Source: Dehalococcoidia bacterium (GTDB lineage Bacteria; Chloroflexota; Dehalococcoidia; Lucifugimonadales; Australimonadaceae). From it: DNA of 64,000 bases. Position numbers and translations under genes: made by a program. Position 1 is the stretch's first letter; the number at the start of each line of letters is the position of its first letter. The DNA lies in NCBI GenBank assembly GCA_034428375.1, contig DAOUHT010000140.1:5654-69653 (forward strand). Reading direction: 5' to 3'. Shown here in pieces: positions 1-8,864 of this stretch. The notes beneath the pieces are model-generated. The model saw nothing but the letters and a program-made list of their open reading frames with translations. It made no database searches and was not told the DNA's origin.

Positions 1-720
1 GGCGTTGGTGAAGACCTGCTGGATGTCCTCCAGGTCCTCGATGTTGTCCAGGAGGCGCAAGGTCTGTCCCGCATGCCCGCTGTCCAGTTCGACGGTGTTG
101 GAGGGGACCATGGTGACGGTGGCCTGGGCGGGCTCGACGCCGGCGTCCTTGACGGCGGCGGCTATGGGCTCCAGCCCGTTGGGGGCGCCGGTGATCTCCA
201 GGACGCCGTCCTCCACCTTGAAGTCCTCCGCGCCTGCGTCTATCGCAGCGAGCGCGATCTCCTCGGCCTGCTCCTCGGATACTTCCTCGACGGTGACGAC
301 GGACTTGCTCTCAAACATCCAGGCGACGGAGCCGGCCTCGCCGAGGTTGCCGCCGCCGCGCGAGAAGACGGCGCGCATGTTGGAGGCGGTGCGGTTGCGG
401 TTGTCGGTGAGCGCCTTGACCATGATGGCGGCCCCGCCGGGGGCGTAGCCCTCGTAGACGATCTCCTCGAACGAGATGCCGTCGCCTCCGATGCCGAGGC
501 CCTTCTTGACCGCGCGGTCTACGTTGTCCGCGGGCATGTTGGCGGCGCGGGCCTTGTCCATCATCAGGCGCAGCCGGAAGTTCATGTTGGGGTCGCCGCT
601 GCCGCCTTCACGCGCGGCGACGGCGATGTCACGGGCGAGCTTGGTGAAGAGCGCGCCTTTCTTCGCGTCCAGCGCGGCTTTCTTGTGCTTGATGGTGGAC
701 CACTTGGAGTGACCGGACAT
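1..720 (-). CDS. yebC: YebC/PmpR family transcriptional regulator (C-terminal end runs off the window edge)
   Basis: Reverse translation from ATG at 720-718 gives MSGHSKWSTIKHKKAALDAKKGALFTKLARDIAVAAREGG... and stays open to position 1 (...LLDNIEDLEDIQQVFTNA). It is absent from the ORF track because no stop lies inside the window. Confidence 0.85.
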   Translation of the reverse strand, partial: MSGHSKWSTIKHKKAALDAKKGALFTKLARDIAVAAREGGSGDPNMNFRLRLMMDKARAANMPADNVDRAVKKGLGIGGDGISFEEIVYEGYAPGGAAIMVKALTDNRNRTASNMRAVFSRGGGNLGEAGSVAWMFESKSVVTVEEVSEEQAEEIALAAIDAGAEDFKVEDGVLEITGAPNGLEPIAAAVKDAGVEPAQATVTMVPSNTVELDSGHAGQTLRLLDNIEDLEDIQQVFTNA

Positions 721-782
721 ACTTGGGACTCCTCTCACATGGGTTGGACGGAATCAGGATAGGACAAAACCGCGCCTGCGTT

Positions 783-1394
783 CTACCCGCCAGGCGTGGG
801 TTTCGGCCTGCGCGCCGCGCGTCGACGCGGCTTCTTCTTCTCGCGCGGCGGGTTCAGCGCGCGCCAGGCCAGCCCCTCCGGCACGGCGGCGGTCATGGTG
901 TTCGTACCGACGTCAACGCTCACGACCACGTCCGCCACCGCAGGGAGGAGCAGTTCCGCGCTCTCGGCGGTTACGACGTACACGTCGTTCGCTCCCGTGG
1001 TGATGATCTCGGTGAGCGTGCCCAGGCGCTCGCCGGTCTCGTCCTCGACGCTCATGCCGACGAGCTGGTAGTGGTAGTACGTGCCGGGCGGGGCTTCCGG
1101 CGCCTCATCCGCCGGCACGTGGAGCGTCTCTCCCTGCAGGGCCGCAGCGTCATCACGCGCGGCGATGCCTGAGAAGCGCAACAGGAGGGAACCGTCGGGC
1201 ATCCGCTGGACGCGTTCGACGCGGAGCTCACGGTCCCCGGCGAGAAGACGGGCGTCCCTGCGGAAGCGCTGGGGATTGTCGGTCTCCGGTTGAACGCGGA
1301 CACGGCCATCGCTGCCGTGCGCGCGGAGGACGACGCCGACGGCGACGAGGTTGTCAGGCTGGTTCTGGGACGTGTTGCCGGAGGTTGTCGGCAC
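783..1394 (-). CDS. rimM: 16S rRNA processing protein RimM
   Basis: The 203-aa ORF has a RimM-like core (VGVVLRAHGSDGRVRVQPETDNPQRF...YYHYQLVGMSV...ANDVYVV) and a basic C-terminal tail. It lies downstream of rpsP and the KH gene, as in rpsP operons. Confidence 0.85.
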   Translation of the reverse strand: MPTTSGNTSQNQPDNLVAVGVVLRAHGSDGRVRVQPETDNPQRFRRDARLLAGDRELRVERVQRMPDGSLLLRFSGIAARDDAAALQGETLHVPADEAPEAPPGTYYHYQLVGMSVEDETGERLGTLTEIITTGANDVYVVTAESAELLLPAVADVVVSVDVGTNTMTAAVPEGLAWRALNPPREKKKPRRRAARRPKPTPGG

Positions 1395-1403
1395 GAGGCG
1401 GAA

Positions 1404-1631
1404 TCAGACGATCTCCAGGCTGGTGCGGGTGCCTTCCTTGATGGCGGCAACACGGAGCAGCACGCGCATCGCCTGCGCCACGCGGCCCTGTCTCCCGATC
1501 ACCTTCCCCTTGTCGTCAGGATGGACTTCCAGCTTGAGGATGAGCTGGCCGTCCTCTTCTTCCTCGGTGACTTTCACGTCGTCGGGATGAGTGGCGATGG
1601 CCCTGGCGATGTATTCCACCAGTTCCTTCAT
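1404..1631 (-). CDS. KH domain RNA-binding protein (YlqC/UPF0109 family)
   Basis: The 75-aa ORF reads MKELVEYIARAIATHPDDVKV...DDKGKVIGRQGRVAQAMRVLL, with a GxxG KH motif. It sits between rpsP and rimM. Confidence 0.8.
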   Translation of the reverse strand: MKELVEYIARAIATHPDDVKVTEEEEDGQLILKLEVHPDDKGKVIGRQGRVAQAMRVLLRVAAIKEGTRTSLEIV

Positions 1632-1634
1632 GGA

Positions 1635-1886
1635 TTACCCCGCTTTCTCGACGACTCCTTGCGTCTGGAGGATGCGCTGAACGGTGTCCGTGGGCTTCGC
1701 GCCGACCCCGAGCCAGTGCCGGGCCTTCTCCTCGTTGACCACGACCGTGGGCGGGTCGGTCAGCGGGTTGTAGTGTCCAACCTGGTCGACGAACCTGCCG
1801 TCGCGAGGCGACCGCACGTCAGCCACCACGATGCGGTAGCTCGGCTGCTTCTTCTTGCCTACTCGGCGCAGTCGGATTCGGAGCAT
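1635..1886 (-). CDS. rpsP: 30S ribosomal protein S16
   Basis: The 83-aa ORF begins MLRIRLRRVGKKKQPSYRIVVADVRSPRDGRFVDQVGHYNPL, a typical S16 N-terminus. Confidence 0.95.
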   Translation of the reverse strand: MLRIRLRRVGKKKQPSYRIVVADVRSPRDGRFVDQVGHYNPLTDPPTVVVNEEKARHWLGVGAKPTDTVQRILQTQGVVEKAG

Positions 1887-1968
1887 GAGAAGTTGTCGCC
1901 TCCAATGATTGGACGGTATAAGCCTACAGAGTCTATCACCGAGTCAAGGGCTACGGAAGGGGTGCAGG

Positions 1969-2715
1969 TCAACGCCCCGCGCTCAGACGTGAGATGAGCG
2001 GCTCCGGCAGACCGACCTGCTCCATCGCGCGCTGCGTCGCGGCGATGTCGTACGCAGCCCGGCGCAGCGATAGCGCGTCCGCCTCGCTGTCGTAGACGGC
2101 ATACGCGGCGCGCGGGTCGTGGTCGCGGGGCTGCCCCACGCTCCCCGGATTCACGACGAGACGCCCGCCGTCTCGCGTCACGGTGAGCCCGCCCGGCCCC
2201 GGCAATGCCGCGCCGCGCCCGTCCTCGAACGCGAACTGGTGGTGCGTGTGGCCGACGAGCACGTCGGGGGTGTCGATGCTTGCCAGCGCTGCAACGGCGT
2301 CCGCATAGCCGGTCAGGTACTCCCAAAGCGGGTCCCTCGGCGTGCCGTGAACGAGCGTGAACCCCTCGACGGCCACCGTGTCGGGAAGACCCTCCAGGAA
2401 CTCCCGCGCGTCCTCGTCCAGCTGCGCCCCGTTCCACCGGCACGCCTCCCCCGCAGCGTGGTTGAACGTATCCAGGCTGATGCGCCCGATCGCTCCGGCG
2501 TCGTGGTTGCCCTGGATGCAGACCGCATCGAATGAGCGGATGCGCCGGACAGTCTCGAGCGGCCACGGCCCGTACCCAACGATGTCGCCCAGGCACCACA
2601 CGGCGTCCAGGGGGCCCTCCGCCTCGGCCGCCGCGAGCACGGCGTCGAGTGCGGTGAGGTTGCTGTGAACGTCGCTGACGATGAGCGTTCGCATGAGGGG
2701 AATGCTACTACCCAC
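1969..2715 (-). CDS. metallophosphoesterase family protein
   Basis: Calcineurin-like phosphoesterase motifs are present: MRTLIVSDVHSN...GDIVGYGP...GNHD...GHTH. The start is ambiguous between GTG at 2715 and ATG at 2694. Confidence 0.8.
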   Translation of the reverse strand: MGSSIPLMRTLIVSDVHSNLTALDAVLAAAEAEGPLDAVWCLGDIVGYGPWPLETVRRIRSFDAVCIQGNHDAGAIGRISLDTFNHAAGEACRWNGAQLDEDAREFLEGLPDTVAVEGFTLVHGTPRDPLWEYLTGYADAVAALASIDTPDVLVGHTHHQFAFEDGRGAALPGPGGLTVTRDGGRLVVNPGSVGQPRDHDPRAAYAVYDSEADALSLRRAAYDIAATQRAMEQVGLPEPLISRLSAGR

Positions 2716-2842
2716 GGACGTAATGGGCTTCCTGCTCTTCCTCGGCTACGCGACGCTCGTCATGGAGCGGTTGGCGCAGGGTGCGGCCCTGCACCGTAAG
2801 CCGTCATAATGCACACCGCCGGTGAACTGGAAGGAGCGTGGA

Positions 2843-4252
2843 ATGACGACACGAGACGCAGGCGTGGAAGAGCTGACTTCGGTGTGGGCCCGGTTCGGCG
2901 CGGAACTGACGTACGACGATCTGCCGGACAGCGTGCGCCGCACGGTCCGCTCGATCACGCTGGACACGCTCGCGACTTCCATCGCGGCCAATACGCTCGG
3001 CATCGGCATACCGGAACTGCTCGCGTGGGCGCGCAAGGCAGGCGGGGTGGAGGAGGCGTCGCTTATCGGCCTGCCGGACAGGCTCCCCGCTGCCGTGGCC
3101 GCGATGCTGAACGGCGGCATGGCGCACGCGCTGAACTTCGACGACACCACCGCCGTGGGCTCAGGCCACCTGGGGCCAGTGACGCTGCCGACCGCGATGG
3201 TGGCTGCCGAGCTGCAGGGCGGCGCCTCCGGCAGGGAGTTCATGACCTCGATGGCGGCAGGGATGGAATTGATGTCCCGCATCGGCATCGCCATCACCGC
3301 GACACAGGGCGCGTTCACCGAATCGAGGCCGCAGCCGACGCAGATGCCGGGCTGCTTCGCCGCGGCGCTAAGCGGGTCGCGGATGCTCGGATTCTCGGCG
3401 CAGGAGACGCACAGCGCGCTCGGCCTCGCGTTCATGCAGGCGTCCGGCGGACGGCAACCGGTGCTGGAAGGACGCCCCGCGAAGGCCATCTACGCCGCGT
3501 TCTCCTGCCAGGCCGGGATGCAGAGCGTGCTGCTGGCGCGCGAGGGCCTGCTGGGCGACTGCGATGCGTTCGAGGGCGCGGCAGGCTTCTTCCCCACCTA
3601 CTACGGTGGGGTGTTCGACCGCTCTGCGATGAGCGACGGCCTCGGCGAGGAATGGCGTCTGCTGAACGTGGGCATCAAGCCGTGGCCCACCACCGGCGTC
3701 GCGCACGTCTTCATCGAGGCCGCTTCGAGGCTGCGCGCGTCCCGCCTGCCCGACCCATCGGCGGTGACACGCGTCCTGCTGCGAGGAGAGCCGCACATAC
3801 AGACGTTCTGCGAGCCGCTGCAGACGCGGCGCAACCCGCAGGCGCCCGTCGAGGCCGAGGACTCGATCATCTTCGCCACGGCACGAGCGCTCACCACCGG
3901 CAGCGTGACGCTTGCCGACCTCCAACCGACGCCGCAGGGGCTGTTCGAGGAGACGTGCCTGCGCGTTGCCAACCTCACCGAGTACGAGGTGGACGAATCG
4001 CTCGGCAAGTCCGGCGTCGTTGAGGTAACGCTCGCCAGCGGCGAAACGCTCTTCGAGCGCGTCGACGCCGCCCCGGGCCACCGCGACAACCCGCTCACGG
4101 ATGAGCAGCGGCACCAGAAGTTCCGTGCCTGCGCCGTCCACGCCGGAACGCCCCTGAGCGACGCAACGATCGACGAGGTCATCGACATGACGGAGCGCCT
4201 CGACGAGGTGCCGGACGTCACCGCGTTTCTCCGTCTGCTGCGAGGAGGGTAA
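2843..4252 (+). CDS. MmgE/PrpD family protein (2-methylcitrate dehydratase-like)
   Basis: The ORF has the length and pattern typical of MmgE/PrpD (FGAELTYDDLPDSVRRTVRSITLDTLATSIAA...). ATG 2843 is preceded by GGAAGGAG; the track ORF starts at an upstream GTG at 2822. Confidence 0.8.
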   Translation: MTTRDAGVEELTSVWARFGAELTYDDLPDSVRRTVRSITLDTLATSIAANTLGIGIPELLAWARKAGGVEEASLIGLPDRLPAAVAAMLNGGMAHALNFDDTTAVGSGHLGPVTLPTAMVAAELQGGASGREFMTSMAAGMELMSRIGIAITATQGAFTESRPQPTQMPGCFAAALSGSRMLGFSAQETHSALGLAFMQASGGRQPVLEGRPAKAIYAAFSCQAGMQSVLLAREGLLGDCDAFEGAAGFFPTYYGGVFDRSAMSDGLGEEWRLLNVGIKPWPTTGVAHVFIEAASRLRASRLPDPSAVTRVLLRGEPHIQTFCEPLQTRRNPQAPVEAEDSIIFATARALTTGSVTLADLQPTPQGLFEETCLRVANLTEYEVDESLGKSGVVEVTLASGETLFERVDAAPGHRDNPLTDEQRHQKFRACAVHAGTPLSDATIDEVIDMTERLDEVPDVTAFLRLLRGG

Positions 4253-4326
4253 GCCGGCTCGTTGACAGGCTCACCCTGCGGGGCGTACAACCATCCAAAC
4301 TCACGAATCATGCGAGGAAGCCCACG

Positions 4327-5598
4327 ATGCTTTCGACCAGGGACAACGAACGACTCACCCGTGTGGGGCCCGGTACCCCGATGGGCGAGGTGATGCGCCG
4401 CTACTGGCAGCCGGTCCTCATCTCCAACGAGTTGCCGCACCCTGACTGCGACCCGCTGCGCCTGCGCATCCTCGGCGAGGACCTCATCGCGTTCCGCGAC
4501 ACGTCCGGCCGCGTCGGCCTCATGAGCGAGTGGTGTCCCCACCGCCTCACGTCGCTCTGGCTGGGCCGGAACGAAGGGAACGGCATCCGCTGCGTCTACC
4601 ACGGCTGGAAGTTCGACGTGGACGGCACATGCGTGGACATGCCCAACGAGCCCGAGCAGTACGAATTCAGCCGCAAGGTGCGCGTCACGGCGTACCCCAC
4701 GGTGGAGATCGGAGGCGTCATCTGGACCTACATGGGGCCGAAGGAGCAGACGCCCCCGGAGCCCTCGTTCGAGTTCACGCGCCAGCCCCAGACCCACCGC
4801 CACGCCTCCAAGGTCATCGAGGAGTGCAACTGGCTTCAGGCGCTGGAGGGCGGCATCGACTCGGTGCACTCGTCATTCCTCCACCGGAAGTTCGGCACCG
4901 GCGGCGCGATAGGGCTGGACGGCCTGCGGGCGAAGGGCATCGCCTCGAAACTCGAGGTGGAGCCGACGGACTACGGCTACCGCTACGGCTCGATACGCGC
5001 TCTCCCCGGCGAGGACGCCAACTACGTCCGCACCTATCACTTCGTGATGCCTCACGTTCAGATCCGCGCGGCGCAGCTGAACAACGACGGCTCCTGGTTC
5101 AAGTTCAAGATCGCCGGCCATCACTGGGTGCCCATGGATGACGAGAACACCATGGTGTGGAACTGGTTCTACACGCTGGACGAACCGCTTACCCAGGCCG
5201 AGCGCGACGAGCTCGCCACCGGCAACGGACCGGACGACGTCGACCAGACGACGTGGCGCAGCCTCCGCAACCCGCGCAACAACTGGATGATCGACCGTGA
5301 CCTGCAGCGCTCGGACACGTTCACTGGCATCAAGGGCATCAATGCGCAGGACCGGGCGGTGCAGGAGGCGATGAAACCCATCGTCGACCGCAGCCAGGAG
5401 CACCTCGGCCAGACCGACCGTGCCGTCATCATCGCGCGCAAGATGCTGCTGGAGGCGGTTCGCACGGTCGAGGACGGCGGGACGCCCCGCGGCGCGAACG
5501 ACGCCTACTACAACATCCGCGCCATCGAGGAGGTCCTGCCAGACAGCGTACGCTGGCAGGAAGCCCTCATGCAGAAGATGTACGTGGGCGCAGCCTAA
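4327..5598 (+). CDS. Rieske [2Fe-2S] non-heme iron oxygenase, alpha-subunit type
   Basis: The Rieske motif is CPHR...(17 aa)...CVYHGW. The mononuclear-iron motif is NWLQALEGGIDSVHSSFLH. It is a paralog of 61594..62994. Confidence 0.85.
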   Translation: MLSTRDNERLTRVGPGTPMGEVMRRYWQPVLISNELPHPDCDPLRLRILGEDLIAFRDTSGRVGLMSEWCPHRLTSLWLGRNEGNGIRCVYHGWKFDVDGTCVDMPNEPEQYEFSRKVRVTAYPTVEIGGVIWTYMGPKEQTPPEPSFEFTRQPQTHRHASKVIEECNWLQALEGGIDSVHSSFLHRKFGTGGAIGLDGLRAKGIASKLEVEPTDYGYRYGSIRALPGEDANYVRTYHFVMPHVQIRAAQLNNDGSWFKFKIAGHHWVPMDDENTMVWNWFYTLDEPLTQAERDELATGNGPDDVDQTTWRSLRNPRNNWMIDRDLQRSDTFTGIKGINAQDRAVQEAMKPIVDRSQEHLGQTDRAVIIARKMLLEAVRTVEDGGTPRGANDAYYNIRAIEEVLPDSVRWQEALMQKMYVGAA

Positions 5599-5806
5599 CG
5601 CTCCTGTTCTGTACCGTTGCACACCGTTCTCAAAGTGTTTCGCGAGCCGTAACACTCCCTTAACGTTCGTGTAACGGGGACGCAATACTCTGCCGGTAGT
5701 GTGAGCGTTGAAGCGAACACCGGCACGGACATGGGTGGCTCCGCCCTAGATACGCAGAGGAGCGACGGATAAGAGGTGTGTCGGGAACGCTGGCAGAGGA
5801 ATGAAT

Positions 5807-5833
5807 GGCGGGGAGACCCGCCTTCTTCCTTTT
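5807..5833 (+). terminator. candidate rho-independent terminator (plus-strand sense)
   Basis: The stem GGCGGG-gaga-CCCGCC is followed by TTCTTCCTTTT. It lies about 200 nt after the Rieske stop codon. The reverse orientation has no U-tract. Confidence 0.5.
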
Positions 5834-5845
5834 AAGTGGAGAAGG

Positions 5846-7342
5846 CTAGCTGCTCTCGTAGCGGGCGGTGTCCGGGTGGAACGAGAACCATCCGTGCCAG
5901 AACGACGTTATCGTCGGTATGCGCGCCAGCGTCTCGGCGCCGTCCGCCCGGCTCAGTGCATCCTCGCCGATGGTCCACAGCGCCCCGCCCTCATCCCGCA
6001 GGCCGTCGCCTTCCTTGGCGAACGTCCGTCCACCCCGCTCGTAGACCCTGCCCGTGCCCCAGGTGCTCAACCCGGCGATGACGATCTCCAGTCCGCCCAC
6101 TACGTCGTTGATGACAGGCTCGTCGGCGAACGCGGAGACGGGGTACGCCTTGTAGTCGCCGTTGATGCCCACGCCGATGACCGTCTCCTTGGGGAGCAGC
6201 GCGTCGTCCCGGTTGAAGACCGGGAACATCGTCCTCGGCGACGAGAAGTAGTCGTAGTAGATGGCGTGCGGCTCCCACTCGTTCGCGTACACGCTTGGTG
6301 AGTAGACGCCGGTATCGACGTTCAGGACCGTCGTGTCCGGGTGTTCGGCCAGCCACTCCTCCCACGTCGTCAACACGGACGGGAAGAAGTCGAGCTTGAT
6401 GCCGCTGTCCGCCAGCGGGCCGACGACGGGCTCGCCGGTGAACTGGTTCCAGATCGAGTTCGTCGTGCGGTCGTACATCAGCTTGTTGCTCTGGTAGAGC
6501 ATGCCGGACGTGCCGAACGTGGTGGGCTCCCCGTTTATCTTTGCGGAATACACGATCCCGCTGAAGCAGAGCGTTCAGTAGGCGAGCGCAATCGGCTCGC
6601 CTCCTAACCGGTCGTTCGCCATCTCGTGCGGGTTCATGATGCGCAGCGGGTAGGCGCGGTGCTCGCCGTTGATGGAGACGCCGAAGACGCGGTCGCGCGG
6701 GTCCAGGTAGTCCGCCTCGTCCGGGGTGAGCGTGGGCGCGAACTGCAGGTCGGGGATGCCGTCGGTGCGTACCCCGCCCCAGACAGCCTCCGTGAGATCG
6801 ATGCGCTCCGAGCCGGGCACGGCGCTGAAGAATGCCGCCATGCGCGGGTCGATGAGCCCGAGGATGTTCACCTTCCAGTCCAGGTACTCGTCCGGCGGAG
6901 GGAACTCGTCCCGGCGGGGCCCGAGCCACTCCATCGCCGCGTTCCACGCGGGCGGGTCGAGCCAGAAGTCCTGGCCGGTGAGCTCCTTGAGCGCCTCCCG
7001 GTACGCCTCCATCACCGCCGGCGCTCCGCTGAAACGCATGATCTCCACGATGATGGGCACCTGGGAGACGTCGTTCGCCGCAACGGCGTCGTCAAGGGCA
7101 AGCTGCAGGGCCTCGAACGTCTGGTCGGTGGTGCTGAAGATGCGCCACATCGTGTTGTTGGGGTCGTAGGGGTGATCCGGCGTTGATGCGGGTGCGCTCG
7201 CGGGAACGGGCGTGGCCGTTGGCGCAGGGGTCGGCGTGTGTGTCGGGGTCGGCGTGGGCGGTTCGGGCGTGTAGGCCGTGGAGGTGCACCCTGCAACAAG
7301 GCAGGCGGCGGCGAGCAGAGTGGTGAGGGATAGTCGTGACAT
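5846..7342 (-). CDS. DUF3179 domain lipoprotein with one in-frame TGA (6577-6575): candidate selenoprotein, alternatively a pseudogene
   Basis: Track ORFs 6575..7354 and 5846..6553 share a frame. Read-through gives one continuous DUF3179 domain: ...GGEPIALAY-[TGA]-TLCFSGIVYSAKINGEPTTFGTSGMLYQSNKLMYDRTTNSIWNQFTGEPVVGPL.... The N-terminus has a lipoprotein signal, MSRLSLTTLLAAACLVAGC, starting from ATG 7342. Confidence 0.6.
6543..6561 (-). other. SECIS-like hairpin downstream of the in-frame UGA
   Basis: The mRNA sequence GCGGGAU-CGUGU-AUUCCGC forms a 7-bp stem (one G.U pair) with a 5-nt loop containing GU. The stem starts 13 nt after the UGA. Confidence 0.35.
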
Positions 7343-7401
7343 GTTGCTCTGCAATCAGTATACGACCCGCCATAGTCGCTCGGTTTTGCGATAATGCCCC
7401 C

Positions 7402-8394
7402 ATGACCACGGTCGGAGAACTGGGTGAAACGGCGCTCATCGAGCGCATCATCGAGCGCGTGCGACGCTCCAGCCCGCTGCAGACGATGGGCGGGCGCGTC
7501 GTCACCGCCATCGGGGACGACGCAGCGGCGTGGCGCGTGGGCGGCATACAGGCCGCCACGACCGATACGATGGTGGAGGGCGTCCACTTCCGCACGTCCA
7601 CCGCGTCATGGGCGGACGTGGGCTGGAAGGCGTGGGTCTCCAACGTCAGCGACATCGCCGCGATGGGGGGATCGCCGTTCGCAGGCCTGGTGACGCTCGG
7701 TCTGCCCCCTGACCTCGACGTGAGCGACGTTGACGCGCTGTACGACGGCATGCTGGAAGCGTGCGCCGTCTACGGCACGGAGCTGATGGGCGGAGACATC
7801 GTCGGTTCGCCCGTTCCGTTCGTCACCGTCGCCATGACCGGCGTGTGCAGCGCCACCCCGTTGTCCCGGTCGGCGGCCCGTCCCGGCGACATGCTCGCCG
7901 TCACCGGGCCGCTCGGCACCTCTCGTGGCGGACTGTTGCTGCTGGAGAGCGGCGTTGAGCTGGACACCCCCGCGCGGCAGGCGCTCGCACTGGCGCACCG
8001 AAGGCCCGCGGCAAGGACGGACGCCAGCGCCGTGCTCCGTCGCGTCGGCGTGCGCTGTGCGATGGACCTGTCGGACGGACTCGCCGCCGACCTTCCCAAA
8101 CTCGCGAAAGCGTCTGGAGTCTCGGCGCGAGTCGAGGTCGACCACGTGCCGGCGGCGGATGCGCTCCGGAGCGAGTTCCGCCCGGATGCGATGCGGCTGG
8201 CGTTGGGCGGCGGCGAGGACTACGAGCTGCTGTTTACCGGCCCGTCGGACCTCGTTCAGGCCACGGTCTCCGAGGTCCCCGGCAGCGCGGTCATCGGCGA
8301 GATTACGGAGGGGCGCGCTGGCGAAATCTCGTTCGTCGCGGGGCGCGGCGAGCCTGTCTCCATCGATATCGAGGGATGGGAGCACTTGCGGTGA
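7402..8394 (+). CDS. thiL: thiamine-monophosphate kinase
   Basis: MTTVGELGETALIERI...AIGDDAAAW...TTDTMVEGVHFR...DLSDGLAADL is a typical ThiL/AIR-synthase-like pattern. The track ORF begins upstream at 7336, but ATG 7402 fits the family N-terminus. Confidence 0.85.
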   Translation: MTTVGELGETALIERIIERVRRSSPLQTMGGRVVTAIGDDAAAWRVGGIQAATTDTMVEGVHFRTSTASWADVGWKAWVSNVSDIAAMGGSPFAGLVTLGLPPDLDVSDVDALYDGMLEACAVYGTELMGGDIVGSPVPFVTVAMTGVCSATPLSRSAARPGDMLAVTGPLGTSRGGLLLLESGVELDTPARQALALAHRRPAARTDASAVLRRVGVRCAMDLSDGLAADLPKLAKASGVSARVEVDHVPAADALRSEFRPDAMRLALGGGEDYELLFTGPSDLVQATVSEVPGSAVIGEITEGRAGEISFVAGRGEPVSIDIEGWEHLR

Positions 8395-8864
8395 CGGATA
8401 CACGGTTCGAGACATACAGCGCCGAGGAGACGCAGGCGCTCGGGCGCAGGCTCGGCGCGCTTGCGGAGCCCGGCGACCTCTACCTGCTGCGCGGGACGCT
8501 CGGCGCGGGCAAGACGACGCTGACGCAGGGCGTCGCCTGGGGCGCGGGCGTAACCGGCTACGCGCACAGCCCGACGTTCGTGCTCGTGCACGAGTACGAG
8601 GGCCGCATCCCTGTCTACCACGTGGACCTCTTCCGGATGGATGGCGGCGACCTCGAGATAGACGATCTCGCGTTCAGCGAGATGCTGGAGGAGGGGGCGT
8701 GCGTCGTCGAGTGGCCGGAGCAGGCGCAGGCCGTCTTTCCCGACGAGCACCTCGCGGTCGGCATCGCTTTCGGCGATGCGCCGGACGCCCGGGTGCTGAC
8801 GCTGGAGCCGCACGGCGAGCGCTACGTCCGGCTGCTCGCGGCCCTGCAGGGAGGGGCGGCATGA
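8376..8864 (+). CDS. tsaE: tRNA t6A biosynthesis ATPase TsaE
   Basis: The P-loop context is GDLYLLRGTLGAGKTTLTQGVA...SPTFVLVHEY. It overlaps the thiL end; an alternative GTG at 8391 would form a GTGA overlap with the thiL stop. Confidence 0.85.
   Translation: MGALAVTDTRFETYSAEETQALGRRLGALAEPGDLYLLRGTLGAGKTTLTQGVAWGAGVTGYAHSPTFVLVHEYEGRIPVYHVDLFRMDGGDLEIDDLAFSEMLEEGACVVEWPEQAQAVFPDEHLAVGIAFGDAPDARVLTLEPHGERYVRLLAALQGGAA

Noticed and set aside
5846-6553. Treating 5846..6553 and 6575..7354 as two independent genes.
   Set aside because: The break falls inside the most conserved block of a single DUF3179 domain. The downstream piece lacks ATG, RBS and signal peptide. Read-through (Sec) or a recent pseudogene are the only sensible readings; pseudogene status is not excluded.
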